From Vicugna vicugna (lineage: Eukaryota), in the NCBI GenBank assembly GCA_013265495.1, contig MU057416.1, forward strand, positions 1,172,545 to 1,236,544: a stretch of 64,000 bases of DNA, given 5' to 3'. The translations under genes and the position numbers were made by a program. A model generated the notes under the pieces. It was not told the DNA's origin and ran no database searches. It was given only the letters and a program-made list of their open reading frames with translations. This document shows, piece by piece, positions 25,029 to 37,968 of this stretch; within the stretch, counting starts at the first letter, position 1; each line of letters begins with the position of its first letter.

Positions 25029-27179
25029 GGTTAGTCTTTTTACTCGCAAATGCCAACAGTTAAACATGGACACATAATTCACTTAATGCTGACCTCTTGT
25101 AATGCTCTCGGGCTCATTGAGTCTTCTGCTGTTTTCCTGGTGGATGTTTTGCGTGACACTCGCATGCAGCACACGTATATACGTGTGTGTGTGTGTGTGT
25201 GTGTGTGAACCTGCTCGGGAGGCAGTCATCCCGGCTGCAGGTGGAGGCCTGAGTCCAACAGAATACTGTTCAGAGGGTTTTCCACCCGGAATCATTGCAG
25301 AAACTCTGTGAGCTAAGCTGTTGCTTCCCTCAATGTCACGCCCATGCTCTGTTTAATAATTCTGTCGTCAGGCAGCCAGAGTGCTCTTTCCACATCCTCT
25401 GTCTTGAAAAGTTAAAAAGAAATCCGTCCGTGGCACACTGAAGCTAATACCAAACACACCGGGACTGCCCCCGAGCCGCCCGGGAGAACGTCCCTGGTAC
25501 CAAGGAGCATCCCGTGCAGCACTGGCGGCCGGAGCCCGCACACAGAGGGCGTGGGGTCCGGCAGGACACCCTGGAGCAGGATAAATCAGCGCGGGTCATG
25601 TCGACTCTCTTGCTCACATCTCCAGGCTCCTGGCATCAGCCTGAGCAGGCGGAAGCACTTTCAGAAGTTTAAAAAGATGCTTCATTTTACTGACCCATCA
25701 ATTCTGCACTTGCCAGTCTCTCGGGGGAGCCTCTTATGGACTGGGCTGCGGAATATGATGTTGCAAGTCTGGGACCAAGATTCACCAGTGCTGCAAGAGG
25801 GTGGAGGGGCTTCCCCCCGCTCCCATCAAAGACTTCATCTCCCAGGAACAAAGTGCAGGACGTAACTAGAGGCACAGAATCCCGTGGACCTGGACTCTAA
25901 CCCAGTTCCCAGCTCTGCCACCAACCAGCACCAGAGTGGGGCGATAATCATGCTGATCCACTGGTTTGTCTGAGGCCTTGAGTGAGACGGGGCTGAGGCG
26001 GACGGACACCTAAGGGCGCTCCTTGCAGATACTGCTAACTAATAGGTCATCCCAGTAACTGTAGAAGCACCGTGCCCCGCGAGCTGAGAGCACGCGGGCA
26101 GCTGTGAGAAGATAGTATGTATTTTTCTGAACATCAAACTGCTTTCCTTCCCACCATGACTTCTGCTCTAATCAGAAAAGTACGAGCTGTTCCTGATGAG
26201 ACAATCAGGTGGTGAGGGCTTTGCTTGCTCTGAAATCGCGTTAGTGAAGATAAACAGTTGCTCTGTTCACCTCATGCAATCTAAGATTTATGCCTTTTTT
26301 AAAGAAACATTTCTAGACACGTTTGTCATATTCACAGAGTTTGAAGCTCAGAAGATAAAGTCTTCATTTATTTCACTGTTATAGGATAGACTGGGAGACA
26401 GACAAGCGTCTCAGGAATCTTTTTTTTTTTTTTTTTTGAGAATGTGTTTAATGTGGTGAAGAAGTGTTTCTTTGAAATGTGGGAAATGGAAGCTTCCTTG
26501 TTTCTTCACAAAGAGTCGCCCCGTCGCAGCTCCTGGAGGAACCGCATGGGTTCCTGAGTCTTCGCTGCCCGTGGTCGCGGCCAGATCAACTCCCAGTGTG
26601 CTTCTTGTGGTCTGATTTCACTGTGCTGGAATTTAAAAATTATCCTCGATTTTCTCAGTTAGTAAGGCTGAAGGACAACACTGAGTCAGGAGATTATCCA
26701 AAAATCAAGCCTTAGCAGTTAAGTCCCCTCCTTCACAGGCTGAGCGCCCTTGTTCGTTCCGTCGGCAGCTCGGAGCCGCTGAGTGGTCCGGGGCTGCCCT
26801 TGAGCTCGATGTGGGCACAGTCACGAGCCACCCCGAGGCGCGTGAGAAAAGCTTTGGTGTTTTGTCTTAAGCCCTGGGTACTGAAGGTTGGAAATACACA
26901 CAAGACAGGGCAGTCCCTACCGAGGGCTTGTGACCGCGGGAACGTGCACGGGGTCAGAGCATCAGGACCCCGTCCCTGACTCCCATGAGGTCTGCTCTCT
27001 GCATGAGCTGGCCGGCTCCTCGGGCTCAGGGAGAGCCTTCTCTGCGCCTTCCCTGAGAAGCACACTGGGTGGACTGGAGGCGGAGAAGCTTGCCCGGGCA
27101 GCAGAGTCCGCCCTGTGGATGCAATGGCTGAAGGTGCCTCACAGCCCCGCATTGTCCTGCCTCGCGGTACTTACTGGTA

Positions 27180-27265
27180 AAATACATTTAGAAGATGAGG
27201 AAGCTAAGCAGTGTCCAAGGTCAGCTGGCCAGTGCAGGGTTCACAGATTTAAAACCATCTCTTAG
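27180..27265 (-). mobile_element. MIR relic
   Basis: atttagaagatgaggaagct..gtccaaggtcagctggccagtgcagggttcacagatttaaaacc. Confidence 0.55.
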
Positions 27266-27267
27266 TC

Positions 27268-27410
27268 GGGGGGGTGTAGCTCAGTGGAAGAGCGCGTGCT
27301 CAGCAGGCACGGGGTCCTGGGTTCAGTCCCCAGCCCCTCCTCCACTAAACAAACAAACCAACCGACCAACCTAGCTCTCCTCCCCCCACAAAAATTAAAA
27401 AATCAAAAAA
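27268..27410 (+). mobile_element. vic-1-like SINE
   Basis: ggggggtgtagctcagtggaagagcgcgtgctcagc...ctgggttcagtccccagc followed by an A-rich tail. Confidence 0.9.
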
Positions 27411-30400
27411 CCTCTTTTCAATTGTCCCAGCTGTAGAAATGCCAGGATCAGAAATTCCCCTAAATAATCAGGCGTGACAGCTGGTGACAGTAGAACCCCA
27501 GGTGTGTCGGCATCTCCCGACTCCCGCCTTCCAGATGCCAGGAGTGGCAGGATGTGAGGACCGCCCACTCGGCACTCCCTTCCTGTGCGGGCTTAGAATT
27601 GAGCACGATATTTTACGAAGCAAATATGATCAAACGTAGGACATTGTAATATCAGGATGAACACTGTTTTAGCAAAATCCACAATCACAGTAAAGAGAGG
27701 GAGGGGTAGACAGCTTCCTTTGCAAAATGTTTCAAGCTCTTAAAAGTTCTCAGACTAATCTTTCCTGTTACTTTCTCTGCCACATGAGCAAGCAAACACA
27801 GAGTGATTTGTGATGGATTTTCCTGTCTTCCACGTACAAGAACATGTCCCTAAGCAGATGGATGAATTATTAATTTATGTCCAAAAAATTGATAGTGTTT
27901 GGCTTTAATGACCTTGTTAGGTGATCAGGTTCCCTCTCCCTTGGTTCTCACCCCAAAGCCCTCTCTTTTCTCTTTACAGTCAAAGGCTTCATAGTAAGTA
28001 TTGTGCAGCTGCTTGAGTTTTCCCCCCATTCAACCTCTGGTCTTACTGAGCAGAATTTTAATAAGCTGAGGAAAATGAGGTAATAAGTAACAAGCATATC
28101 TAGCTCTTAAAGAGTAGTTTTAACTACAAACTAGAACAATCTTGGATATTTAGAACAGAGCGTACAAATGCCGGTTCTCACGTGGGCATGAAGTTGCAAG
28201 CGCTTTGCGGACTGCAGTGTTACTTTTCAGTACAAGTGGAAGCAGAACGTGCAAAGTCCCACAGACCTGCCGAACTCAGAGCAATTCGACTTGGCAACAG
28301 AAAGCTGAATCCCCATGTAATTAAAGAAGTGCAGTTTTTAGTGCTCTCAACCCAATGCCTTCTCTGAAGCAATAGTGTTGGCACAGGGGGGTGCAGTTAA
28401 AAGGCGATTGGGAGCATCAGATGCAGCGTTCAAGAATTCCTGCTCTGAAGGGTTTTCCTCCCGATCCTGTCGTCCGTGCACTGTCTCTTTCTCAGACGGC
28501 CAGAACCACACCTGACAGCAGTGTTGAGGGAAGTGAGAAAAAATAGATGGAAAGAATTGGATACGAGTTCAAGGAACTAAACAAATACTTTATTCTCAGA
28601 AATTGTAAAACACAATAAGCCTACATTTCATAGAATACCTTAAAAAAAGGCCTTTAACGTTTAAAAAAGGGATTTTTAAAATAGATGGCACATTAATAGT
28701 ACTTTTAATTCCTTGAATGTCTGATTCTGCTGCTGGTTTCAGATAGAATGTATTTCTGATGAGTTGGAGATTCAGCATATGACACAGAAAGGCATTCTTT
28801 AAACTTCCTGTCACAGACAAAACCCAGACGCAGTGTCCGAATTCGCACAGTTCGAGTTGCTGAGTCTTAATTAGTGAGCCAACGACCGACCGCGGGGGTT
28901 TTCCCGTGGTCTCTCTTTCTTGCTTTTTAGGAGGCAAAATTCCCAACCTTGTTACACATCCTTGTATTGACTTAACTGTAATGTGCTTCATTCTCTTAAA
29001 ATAATCAATATTTTCGATTATTTCTTAAATATCTCATTTCTTAAATATCTAAAATATTATCTCTTAAAATAATCAATATTTCGATTAAGAATAATCGTCA
29101 TTCTTTCAAATGACGAGTCTGTTATAGTCACGTCTTGGGTTCGAGCTTCTGCTGAAATGAGTAGGGTGAGTACTGGGACCCCGGGCGGCAGCGGTTCCCC
29201 AGGAGTGTGGTCCACTCACACCTAATCGCAGCCGCCACGGGACGTACGGAAGCTAAGTCACGGCGGGGATGTCCCCGGAGGCCACATCCGGGTCTGCAGC
29301 ACACCTGCGTCTTCCTGGCCCCAGACCGACCTACCGTCTCGTGACCTTGGTGCCGGAGGACTCAGTGCAGCAAGATTCCCGGGGGCTCCCGCCCGTCAGC
29401 CCTGGGCTCTCAGGTCTGAGCCAGGCAAGTTACACAGAAGAAGCCGGTTGTTTGAGGGAGCTTGTCGAATGCCTTGTTTCAACAATTCCACTTGGAAGAG
29501 GTTTTACAGAGTGTCCTACTGCTCTTCCGTTTGAAGCAAGCTTCTTTCCCCTGTGGCGCCCTCCGGCCGGCTCATCCCCGGCCCTTTCCCGTCCCTCGCT
29601 GCCTCCCAGACCTGGAGGACGGAACACGGGCTGGAACCAGCCTTGTTTGGGGACTAAAGCCACCCCCAGCCCCGCAAGTGGACTAACACGCGCCTTCTAA
29701 AGAACAGGATTTCTTTCACGCGCTGCGTTATGAAGGAGTATTGATTGTGCGGGTAGAAATAACTAGGCGACCACACCCTCGGTCTCCCAGGCCGCCGCCG
29801 TGCTGCAGGGAGGCGCTTCCAGCCAGCTGTGCGCTGCCAACACACCGCCTTGTTTGCTGCACGTGCATTTGTCTCAAATGTTACTGTTTCCTCTCCCCTC
29901 TTAGAAGGGGTCTTTCGAGGAGCCAGTAGGAAGGTCGCAGAGCACAACCAGGGCCGAGGAAGTCGGACTGATCTGGGCTCTTTGCTGCTCTCCCACAAAA
30001 TAATATTTTAACTGGCTAAGCTGATATTTGATCCACAGTCATAAAAGTTTGAAATCAAATAATTAAATGCAAATACGGTCTTCATCCCAAAGATGCTAAG
30101 AATGCCTTGAAGCGAGTATTTTTAACAAGAGCGGTTGGACAGCACGCTCTTGTAAATTTCATCAGACCTGAGGCAGTGTTCCTCGTTCGATTAGCTGGAA
30201 AGCTGAATTTATCCCGAGGCAAACCAGACGTCTAGCCCCGGCTAAATTCAACAACTGGAGCTTAAATTTGGCTTAATATATCCCCACTTGGATCTGCCTG
30301 TTTAATTCTCTTTCATATGATAACGTTGGTTTATTCATACTCTTGACTTAACACCTGAATAAACTGAACCCCGTATCTTATTCTAAGAGAATAGGACAAC

Positions 30401-32869
30401 TTTGCAAAAACCGCAGAAGTTCCTGAATGGAAATCAGATGCCAGGTTAGGGTTCAAAACTGTTTCAGGATGTGACTACCAGAATGGAATGAGGCGCTTTT
30501 CTGCGGAAGACGGCGTTTTATGAGTGTGGACGATTCACGTTCTGCGGGAACAGATGGCCTTTGTACCCGGATAAGGACTCGGGTTCCCAGGGCCGGCCGG
30601 CCAGGGCAGCTGCGATGCTGAGTCTCGTGTGCGCTTGAAATGTCACCTAGCTTACTTGACATTGTATGTGTCTGCCCTGAGTAATAAGTCTCTTTGACAC
30701 ACAGCTTTATTTGAAATTTAGGGGGAGATCAGGAAGTTGCCTCGGCCCGTGTGTGCCCCTTTAAATTCTGTTTCCTGGCTCAAAATACTCGGTTGATTCC
30801 CAGCCAAAGACCTTTCCCTTTTGCCTCTCGTTCTCCTTGCATCTGTACGTGGTTTTCAGTATCATCTGCTATGTGGACGTTGATACAACATATGATCTGT
30901 TTCAATTCTTGATCTTAAACTCCTTTAGCTCATAGCCTGCCTTCCTCAGTTTAATCCCTAAGAATTCTGTAGAACAAATTGCAAACGTATATACAGAACT
31001 AACTAAATGTTCTTCCGTCTCCTGTTCGTTGAACGCGGTTTCTCCAATTTTGAGTCAAAACATACTTTTTCTGGAGATAAATGATAAGAAATGTTCTAAG
31101 GTTAGATCTGAAGTTGGTCATGAGTTTAAGGAAGTGAGGAAGTCTGAAACTGGTTAGGGTCTGGTCGCTGGGACAGTTGGCTCGTGGGAGGTGTTCAGCA
31201 TATTCTTAGGGAATAATTTGCACATGGCTTGTATTGCGGGAGGTCAATTCAGATCAGCAGGTTTAACAGTGTGTGTGCTGGGTGCCTTGCCGTCCAAGAG
31301 AACGCCGTCCAGCGGGGCAAGCAGGGCACAGTGACTGCGGGATCAGGAAGATGTGATTGGACACGTTTGCAAGATCTTCCAGACACAAGGGGAGGACTGA
31401 TGTGTGAATTGACGTGAAAATATATTCTTTCTTTCAGCAAGTGCCAAGTGGGTCTCCTTGTGCCTAGGCCTGGGGAGGGTGACCACTGACCAGGTAGAGA
31501 CATGTCTTCCTCCAAATCGACAGGTAACCATGGGACACCCAACGCCCCCTGTGATGGGCACCCAGACTGTGCTGTCCAAGCCACACAGATGGGTTTGGGG
31601 AGGCTTCTGGGGGATACGGGGGTAATGCTGGTATCGGAGAGCCAGGGAAGGGCAGGCTCAGAGGACTGGAGGGGCCAAGCTCCGGGCTGCACACTTGAGT
31701 TTGAGATGCCTCCGGCCATTCGGGTAGAGACGTCCGGCAGCAGCTGTGCCTACAGAAGGTGGTAAAGCCGCACCCTGCGGCCTGGGGCCTCGAGGCACCG
31801 GGGAGGGCGGGGAGTGTCCGAAGCGCGCGCTCTGCACCTAGAAAACGCCGACCGTTGAGAAGAGCAGGCGGGCTTGGCCCAGCCGTCAAAGCTCCGGCCA
31901 GGAGTCCTTTTTGAATCTGTTTCCCTAGAAAAGGACAACATGTAATGGAGTTCAAACTCAATGGCGTTTGAAACAGTTTGTAATTTAGGCCAAAACCCAT
32001 CCTGGAGAATCCAAGTCGAACCCAGACAGTGGAGTGAGAACACAGGTGCCAGGCTCACGGGGAGGACGCAGAGCGAGGCCGGGACCCGCTGTGTGCTGAC
32101 CCGAGTCCAGTGCCTTCCTTTCAAAACTTGGGTTCACAATCCCAGAGTCGTGGGCTGTCGGGGCCGGGGGTGGCCAGAGACCTTCAAGTCCAAGCCTTGA
32201 AGACGAAGAAACTTGAAGCCCCCAATAGTGACACCCTCGTGATCACAGTTAGAGGAGGAGCCGCAACGAGAAATCACAATATTTGATCAGCGAGGAATGT
32301 TCTTTTCCCCTGGGGTGGGGGTGGGGCACTGCCTCTTGAGAGTGTCATGATAGGGACGTGAAACTGAGGAAAGGGCAGGTGACGTTCTCTGCGAGGATGT
32401 CTCCCGAGCCTGGCCTTTGCGGCCACCACACGAGGCGCCGCGTTCACAGCGTTTTGTGCCAAGTCCTTGTCTGGTTGGGGAAATTGGGCTTGAAAATGAG
32501 TGAAACAGGGTGGAAAGGTTTTCACTGAAACTTAAAACTTCGGGTTTGTTTCCTTGACTGTTCTTTGTGACTGAGAATGGGTAAACGTGCAAGGGTGCAC
32601 GCTGCCTCCCGGCAACTGGAAGACGGCAACATCAGAGGCTGTTTTGTCCGTGAGATCTCACGGCCAGGAAAGTGACCAGGTCGCTGCTGGGGAAGGTCAC
32701 CTTCCAGAGGTGCACCGCAAGCAAGCGAAGTCTCCAAGTTTTAGCAGGAAAATCATAGGAAAAAGAGGGCCTTGTGAGCATACGGTGGTTGTACGTGTTT
32801 GACAGTTAATTCGTATTATTCACATTTACGTGAATCATCTTACTGTTCTGTGCATGGGGTTTGGGGGGT

Positions 32870-33150
32870 GTTTTTCTTGAATGGAAGCGCAGTTGCTTTA
32901 GCGCTGGCCTCAGGTGCACAGCACGGCGACTCAGGCACACACACACACACACACACACATGCCTGTCTGATTCAGATGGGCCACTGCAAGGTGCTGAGCA
33001 CAGTTCCCTGGGCTGTGCAGCAGGAACTTGCTTACTTTGTGCACAGTAGTGAGTACCTGCGAATCTTGACCCCTCACTTTGCCCCTTCCCCCCTACTCCC
33101 CCCCACTCTCCTCCCGGTAACCGTACGATTGCTTCCTGCGTCTGTGTCAC
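32870..33150 (-). mobile_element. L1 3' end, strongly GC-shifted copy
   Basis: Aligns by eye with the L1 end at 5872-6172 (ggtgcacagcacggcgactcagg; cagttccctgggctgtgcagcagga). Confidence 0.8.
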
Positions 33151-33299
33151 AGTGTTGCTGAGACAGGCAAGGACAGTTCTTTGCGCGCCGACTCGCGCTT
33201 GGTAGATGTTAGCGCCTCCTCCAGTCTCTGGGTCTGTCCTGAACCTCGAGATCTTTTTAACCATCTAATGTCTCTGCGTTTTCATTGCGTAACACCTGT

Positions 33300-34245
33300 T
33301 ATACCTTCTCAGGACAGACTCGTTTGCAAGTCAGTCTTCCCCGAATCCCAGCCCCAGGCCCTCCTCTCCTGTCGGCACAGTCCCACCGCCTCCGGGGCTT
33401 CAGCCATCACCCACCCCCTGACGAGTCCCAGACCGGGACACCTGCCCAGCCTCTGCTGATGCCGGGACCTGTGTCTCCAGCCGTCTCCTCTGCGTCCCTA
33501 GTGAACATCCCAGTGCTTCTTGAACTGAACACGGTGCCTCGACTTGTCCAGTGTTGCCCCTCGAATCTGCTTTTCCTCCTCTTGCCGGAGGGGTGGCCAC
33601 CACCTCCCCCCACTGACGGACACCCAGACGCCACCCAGCACCCGGGATCTCTCCTGCTCTCACTTCATCATCCCGGGGGACAGCTGCTGAGCCAACCATC
33701 TCGATGCCTTTCAAGTCCATCCCCACCCCCGGGGCCAGCACAGTCCTCCCTTCATGAGTCTGCTCCACCCTGACCCTCCCTCACGTGCCCACCCGCTCCC
33801 CTCCTCCGACACTTTCTCCATCAGAGAGCCGATCGTATCCTTCCTTCTGAAAATCTTGCGATGCTTCTGTGCTGCTTTCAGAACGAAATCCAGACTCTCC
33901 GACGTGCAGTGTCTGAAACCTTAGGGTCTGTCCTTACCTTGCCCCCACCCCCGCCTCCTCCTCCGTGAAGGGTAAGCTGCTTTGCTCCAAGGACCCCGCT
34001 CCGGCGTCTCTGAGGCTCTGTGTGGGGCACCCCAGCTGCGCTGGCCTGTTGCCCCTGTGCTGCCCGGCTCACTCTCCCGTGTCACTTGCCCCCAGGCCCT
34101 GGGTTAAGTGCCCGTCCTGCGTCTACCCAGGACACCCGGTGTGTCTCTCCAACGTGTTCGGGAGCCCCCCGACCTGGGTCTGTGTCTGGCACCCTGTGTC
34201 ATCAACACCAGGCATGGGGCTCTCTGAATGAACGAGTGAATGCCG
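33300..34245 (+). mobile_element. L2 relic (C-rich, GC-shifted)
   Basis: Pyrimidine-rich L2-like body (aaatccagactctcc..ttagggtctgtcc) ending ...caccaggcat...tgaatgaacgagtgaatg. Confidence 0.55.
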
Positions 34246-35639
34246 ATCCTGGGTGCACGTCAGGTAGGAAATAAATAATGCACGTTAGAGTGCTTCGCCA
34301 TTTATACAGCACCAACCTGTTGTAATGGCTTATTTCTACGTATGTAAATAATACGTGTGCTCTGTCCACATTTTCCTGCCAAAGTGTGGCATTTTCTTAC
34401 TGGCCGTTTGCATGTGAACTCACTGAACTGTATGTTCCCATCGCTAAACGTAGGTCTTGTGTGACAATCACATACACATACACATACACACACGTTAATG
34501 TACAGGACTTAATAATAACTGATTTAAAACTTTAAGTTTTGCTGGAAACAGAGTAGGAGCTAATCTCAGGCGTGGGCACTGAAAATGCCCACTGCAGCTG
34601 GCCACGAGCCCTCGCGCCGCGTTACGTGAGCTTCGTTCATGTGAAAGAAGCCAGCGTGTTACTCTCCCAAGTTCTTACAAAATTATTCATACAAGTTATT
34701 TAAATAGAACCCTTTAAGAATAATTTTTGAATGAATTCTTATAGAAAATTCATTTCTTGTCTCCTTCTCTGGCATATCAAAGGGGAGGGTCTTCTGAGGA
34801 CAAACTGGAAAGCAGTTATTCATTGTCATCCCTCCAAAAGCCTCGAGGGAAAAAGGTTCCCTGGGTGCAAAGTGGTACCTCTTTTTCCCACTTCTGTGTC
34901 CTTGAATGACACAAGAGATTTCTTTTTCCCTAGGTGTGGGAAGTTAACAAAGATAATTATATTCTCAGGCCATTTGAGCCCCCCGGCCCCCCAGCCCCCG
35001 CGCTCAGCAAAGGCGCCATCTCTGACAAGAGCGTGCTGCACGGGAGGGTCACCGGCTGCGCCACGTGGCAGGTACCAGGGAGGCAGAAATCAGCGTGTTC
35101 ATCTGCAGGGCCTGAATGCTGCGTAGGACCAAAAAGCCAGCTGTAATATATTCAAGAAGACCTAAGGGTTTACTTTCCAATAAGGATGGGAAAAATCTGA
35201 GCACCCCCACTGTGAGCTTCTCGTAATGCTGCTTCATATAAAAAGTTGGTAATTAGTCCCTGAGTGAATAAAGTAGAATAGATGATAAGAGGTTGATACT
35301 TAAAGGAGAAGCCCCGAATGCTTTTGCGGGTCATCAAAATTTAAAGGCGCTGGAGAAAGGGTCGGGGATGCTTCTGTCTGTTTACATACAGTTTCCAGCT
35401 CAGAATTTGTAATGATGGGGTTCATTAACTCGTGTGTCTAAACTGTATTAACATGAAGCTTAACTAGATTTCAAAGGAACACACAGATGCCAAACGCAGG
35501 AGACTTTGGGATCCTGCGTCAAACATCACAGAAGAACTGGGGGCAGTTTCGGTCTCCTGTCAACCTCCACTCATCCAACAGGGTCTCGCTCTAAAATCCA
35601 AAGTGGGTGCAGTGCTGTTTAATAGGGGAGTGAAGAGCA

Positions 35640-35761
35640 AACGTATGTCTTACACATCTGAATATGAAAACGAATCTACGTATGTGTATGCATGACTGGG
35701 ACACTGTGCTGTGCACCAGAAACTGAGACGTTGTAACCGACTGTACTTCAGCTTAAAAAAA
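35640..35761 (+). mobile_element. Short L1 3' tip, sense orientation in intron
   Basis: gaatatgaaaacgaatctacgtatgtgtatgcatgactgggacactgtgctgtgcaccagaaactga...acttcagcttaaaaaaa, matching the ends of the other L1 copies. Confidence 0.85.
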
Positions 35762-36692
35762 GCAGAACCGACCAGTGAAAACCCTCGTTGGCAAAACACG
35801 TGACCCAAGACTTGATGATTCAGGCCACAGAAGGGTTCACCAAAGGATTCTTTGACTAGAAAACACCATTACATTTAAGATATTTTATTTCTGGGAGAGA
35901 TCTATTGTATAAATCAATTTTCAAGTTAGAAAAAGAAAAGAAATTGGTTTGTAAGACACGTAACAACTAATGGGATAGGTCATTTGACAACTTTATCCAT
36001 CTTGTACAAAAATGCACCTATAAAGCAAGCGTTAATTGGAGAAATCCCTGAGGATGCCTTGACTAACATATAATATGTAACATGGTTCTCATCCACGGCG
36101 CTGACAGTTTATGTAGGGGAAGTGACAGTTAATAAAGGAGAGCGAGATGCGGTGAGCGGAACATGGAGCTGAAACAGGTCAGCAGTGATGCAGGAACTTC
36201 TCGGCCAGGGAATGAGAGTCAATCAATCAAACCCTTTTTCTTTCCTGCTTTGACCTTATAGCTGAAATATCAGAATCATCGCCAGTCAGTTACAAGTTGC
36301 CTATACAGACATAGAAACAAAACAGGCATTCAGTAAGTGAGCACCTTTGGGGCAACTGGCTCATAACTTTTGCTATGTTTAGTGATAAACCCATAAAAAT
36401 AATGGAATGGAATAATTAATTCAGCTCTGGTGAACTTTAGAGGGAAGCTTTCTGTATGGCCAAAGTATGGGAAACCTATATATTTTCATTCAGAAGGAAA
36501 ACTGCATGGATTTTTAAACTTTGGGGAGAAAGGTACTAGTTTGGACCAGTATTCACTGAAATTACCCAGCAAATGCTGATCTGAAGACTTTACATGATCA
36601 TTCTGTAATACGAATAAGCGAATCAGCCAGCACTTTGGATCTGCCCTTCGTATTTGTTAGCCGGTTTGTTTTTTTCTGTAACAGAGTGGCAC

Positions 36693-37565
36693 NNNNNNNN
36701 NNNNNNNNNNNNNNNNNNNNNNNNNNNNNNNNNNNNNNNNNNNNNNNNNNNNNNNNNNNNNNNNNNNNNNNNNNNNNNNNNNNNNNNNNNNNNNNNNNNN
36801 NNNNNNNNNNNNNNNNNNNNNNNNNNNNNNNNNNNNNNNNNNNNNNNNNNNNNNNNNNNNNNNNNNNNNNNNNNNNNNNNNNNNNNNNNNNNNNNNNNNN
36901 NNNNNNNNNNNNNNNNNNNNNNNNNNNNNNNNNNNNNNNNNNNNNNNNNNNNNNNNNNNNNNNNNNNNNNNNNNNNNNNNNNNNNNNNNNNNNNNNNNNN
37001 NNNNNNNNNNNNNNNNNNNNNNNNNNNNNNNNNNNNNNNNNNNNNNNNNNNNNNNNNNNNNNNNNNNNNNNNNNNNNNNNNNNNNNNNNNNNNNNNNNNN
37101 NNNNNNNNNNNNNNNNNNNNNNNNNNNNNNNNNNNNNNNNNNNNNNNNNNNNNNNNNNNNNNNNNNNNNNNNNNNNNNNNNNNNNNNNNNNNNNNNNNNN
37201 NNNNNNNNNNNNNNNNNNNNNNNNNNNNNNNNNNNNNNNNNNNNNNNNNNNNNNNNNNNNNNNNNNNNNNNNNNNNNNNNNNNNNNNNNNNNNNNNNNNN
37301 NNNNNNNNNNNNNNNNNNNNNNNNNNNNNNNNNNNNNNNNNNNNNNNNNNNNNNNNNNNNNNNNNNNNNNNNNNNNNNNNNNNNNNNNNNNNNNNNNNNN
37401 NNNNNNNNNNNNNNNNNNNNNNNNNNNNNNNNNNNNNNNNNNNNNNNNNNNNNNNNNNNNNNNNNNNNNNNNNNNNNNNNNNNNNNNNNNNNNNNNNNNN
37501 NNNNNNNNNNNNNNNNNNNNNNNNNNNNNNNNNNNNNNNNNNNNNNNNNNNNNNNNNNNNNNNNN
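36693..37565. other. Assembly gap (873 N)
   Basis: Run of N; the right edge abuts the poly-T tail of a minus-strand SINE. Confidence 1.
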
Positions 37566-37660
37566 TTTTTTTTTTTTTTTTGGTAATGGAGGTGCTGGGG
37601 ATTGAACCCAGGACCTCGCACACATCACTCTACCCTGGAGCACTACACCGCCACCCACCC
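37566..37660 (-). mobile_element. vic-1-like SINE (internally deleted or diverged) adjoining the gap
   Basis: Poly-T then atggaggtgctggggattgaacccaggacctcgcac. Confidence 0.8.
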
Positions 37661-37968
37661 CTGGCCACCAGTTTAATGCCACAGGAAGACACAGATCTCC
37701 GAATAGTGTAGTGTTCATCTCATTAACAATAATCAAGTATTTTTCATTGTCCATTTGAAATAGATGTGGTCTCCAATGCTCACACTGTGTATCTATTTAA
37801 GTACTAATTCCTCACAGTTGTTCATTTGGGGCAGAGACTTGGGGATGGAGCAGGGAAGCATGTTTTATGCAAAGCTGTGGCTGCAAATGTAAACACTGAA
37901 CTCTTCCTCAGCACACTGGGACAGCAAGTGTAAGGCTGCATATTGTAGCAGCATTTAGATACCAAGAT

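Noticed and set aside
36598..37754. Long 310-365 aa ORFs
   Set aside because: Artefacts of translating the N gap.
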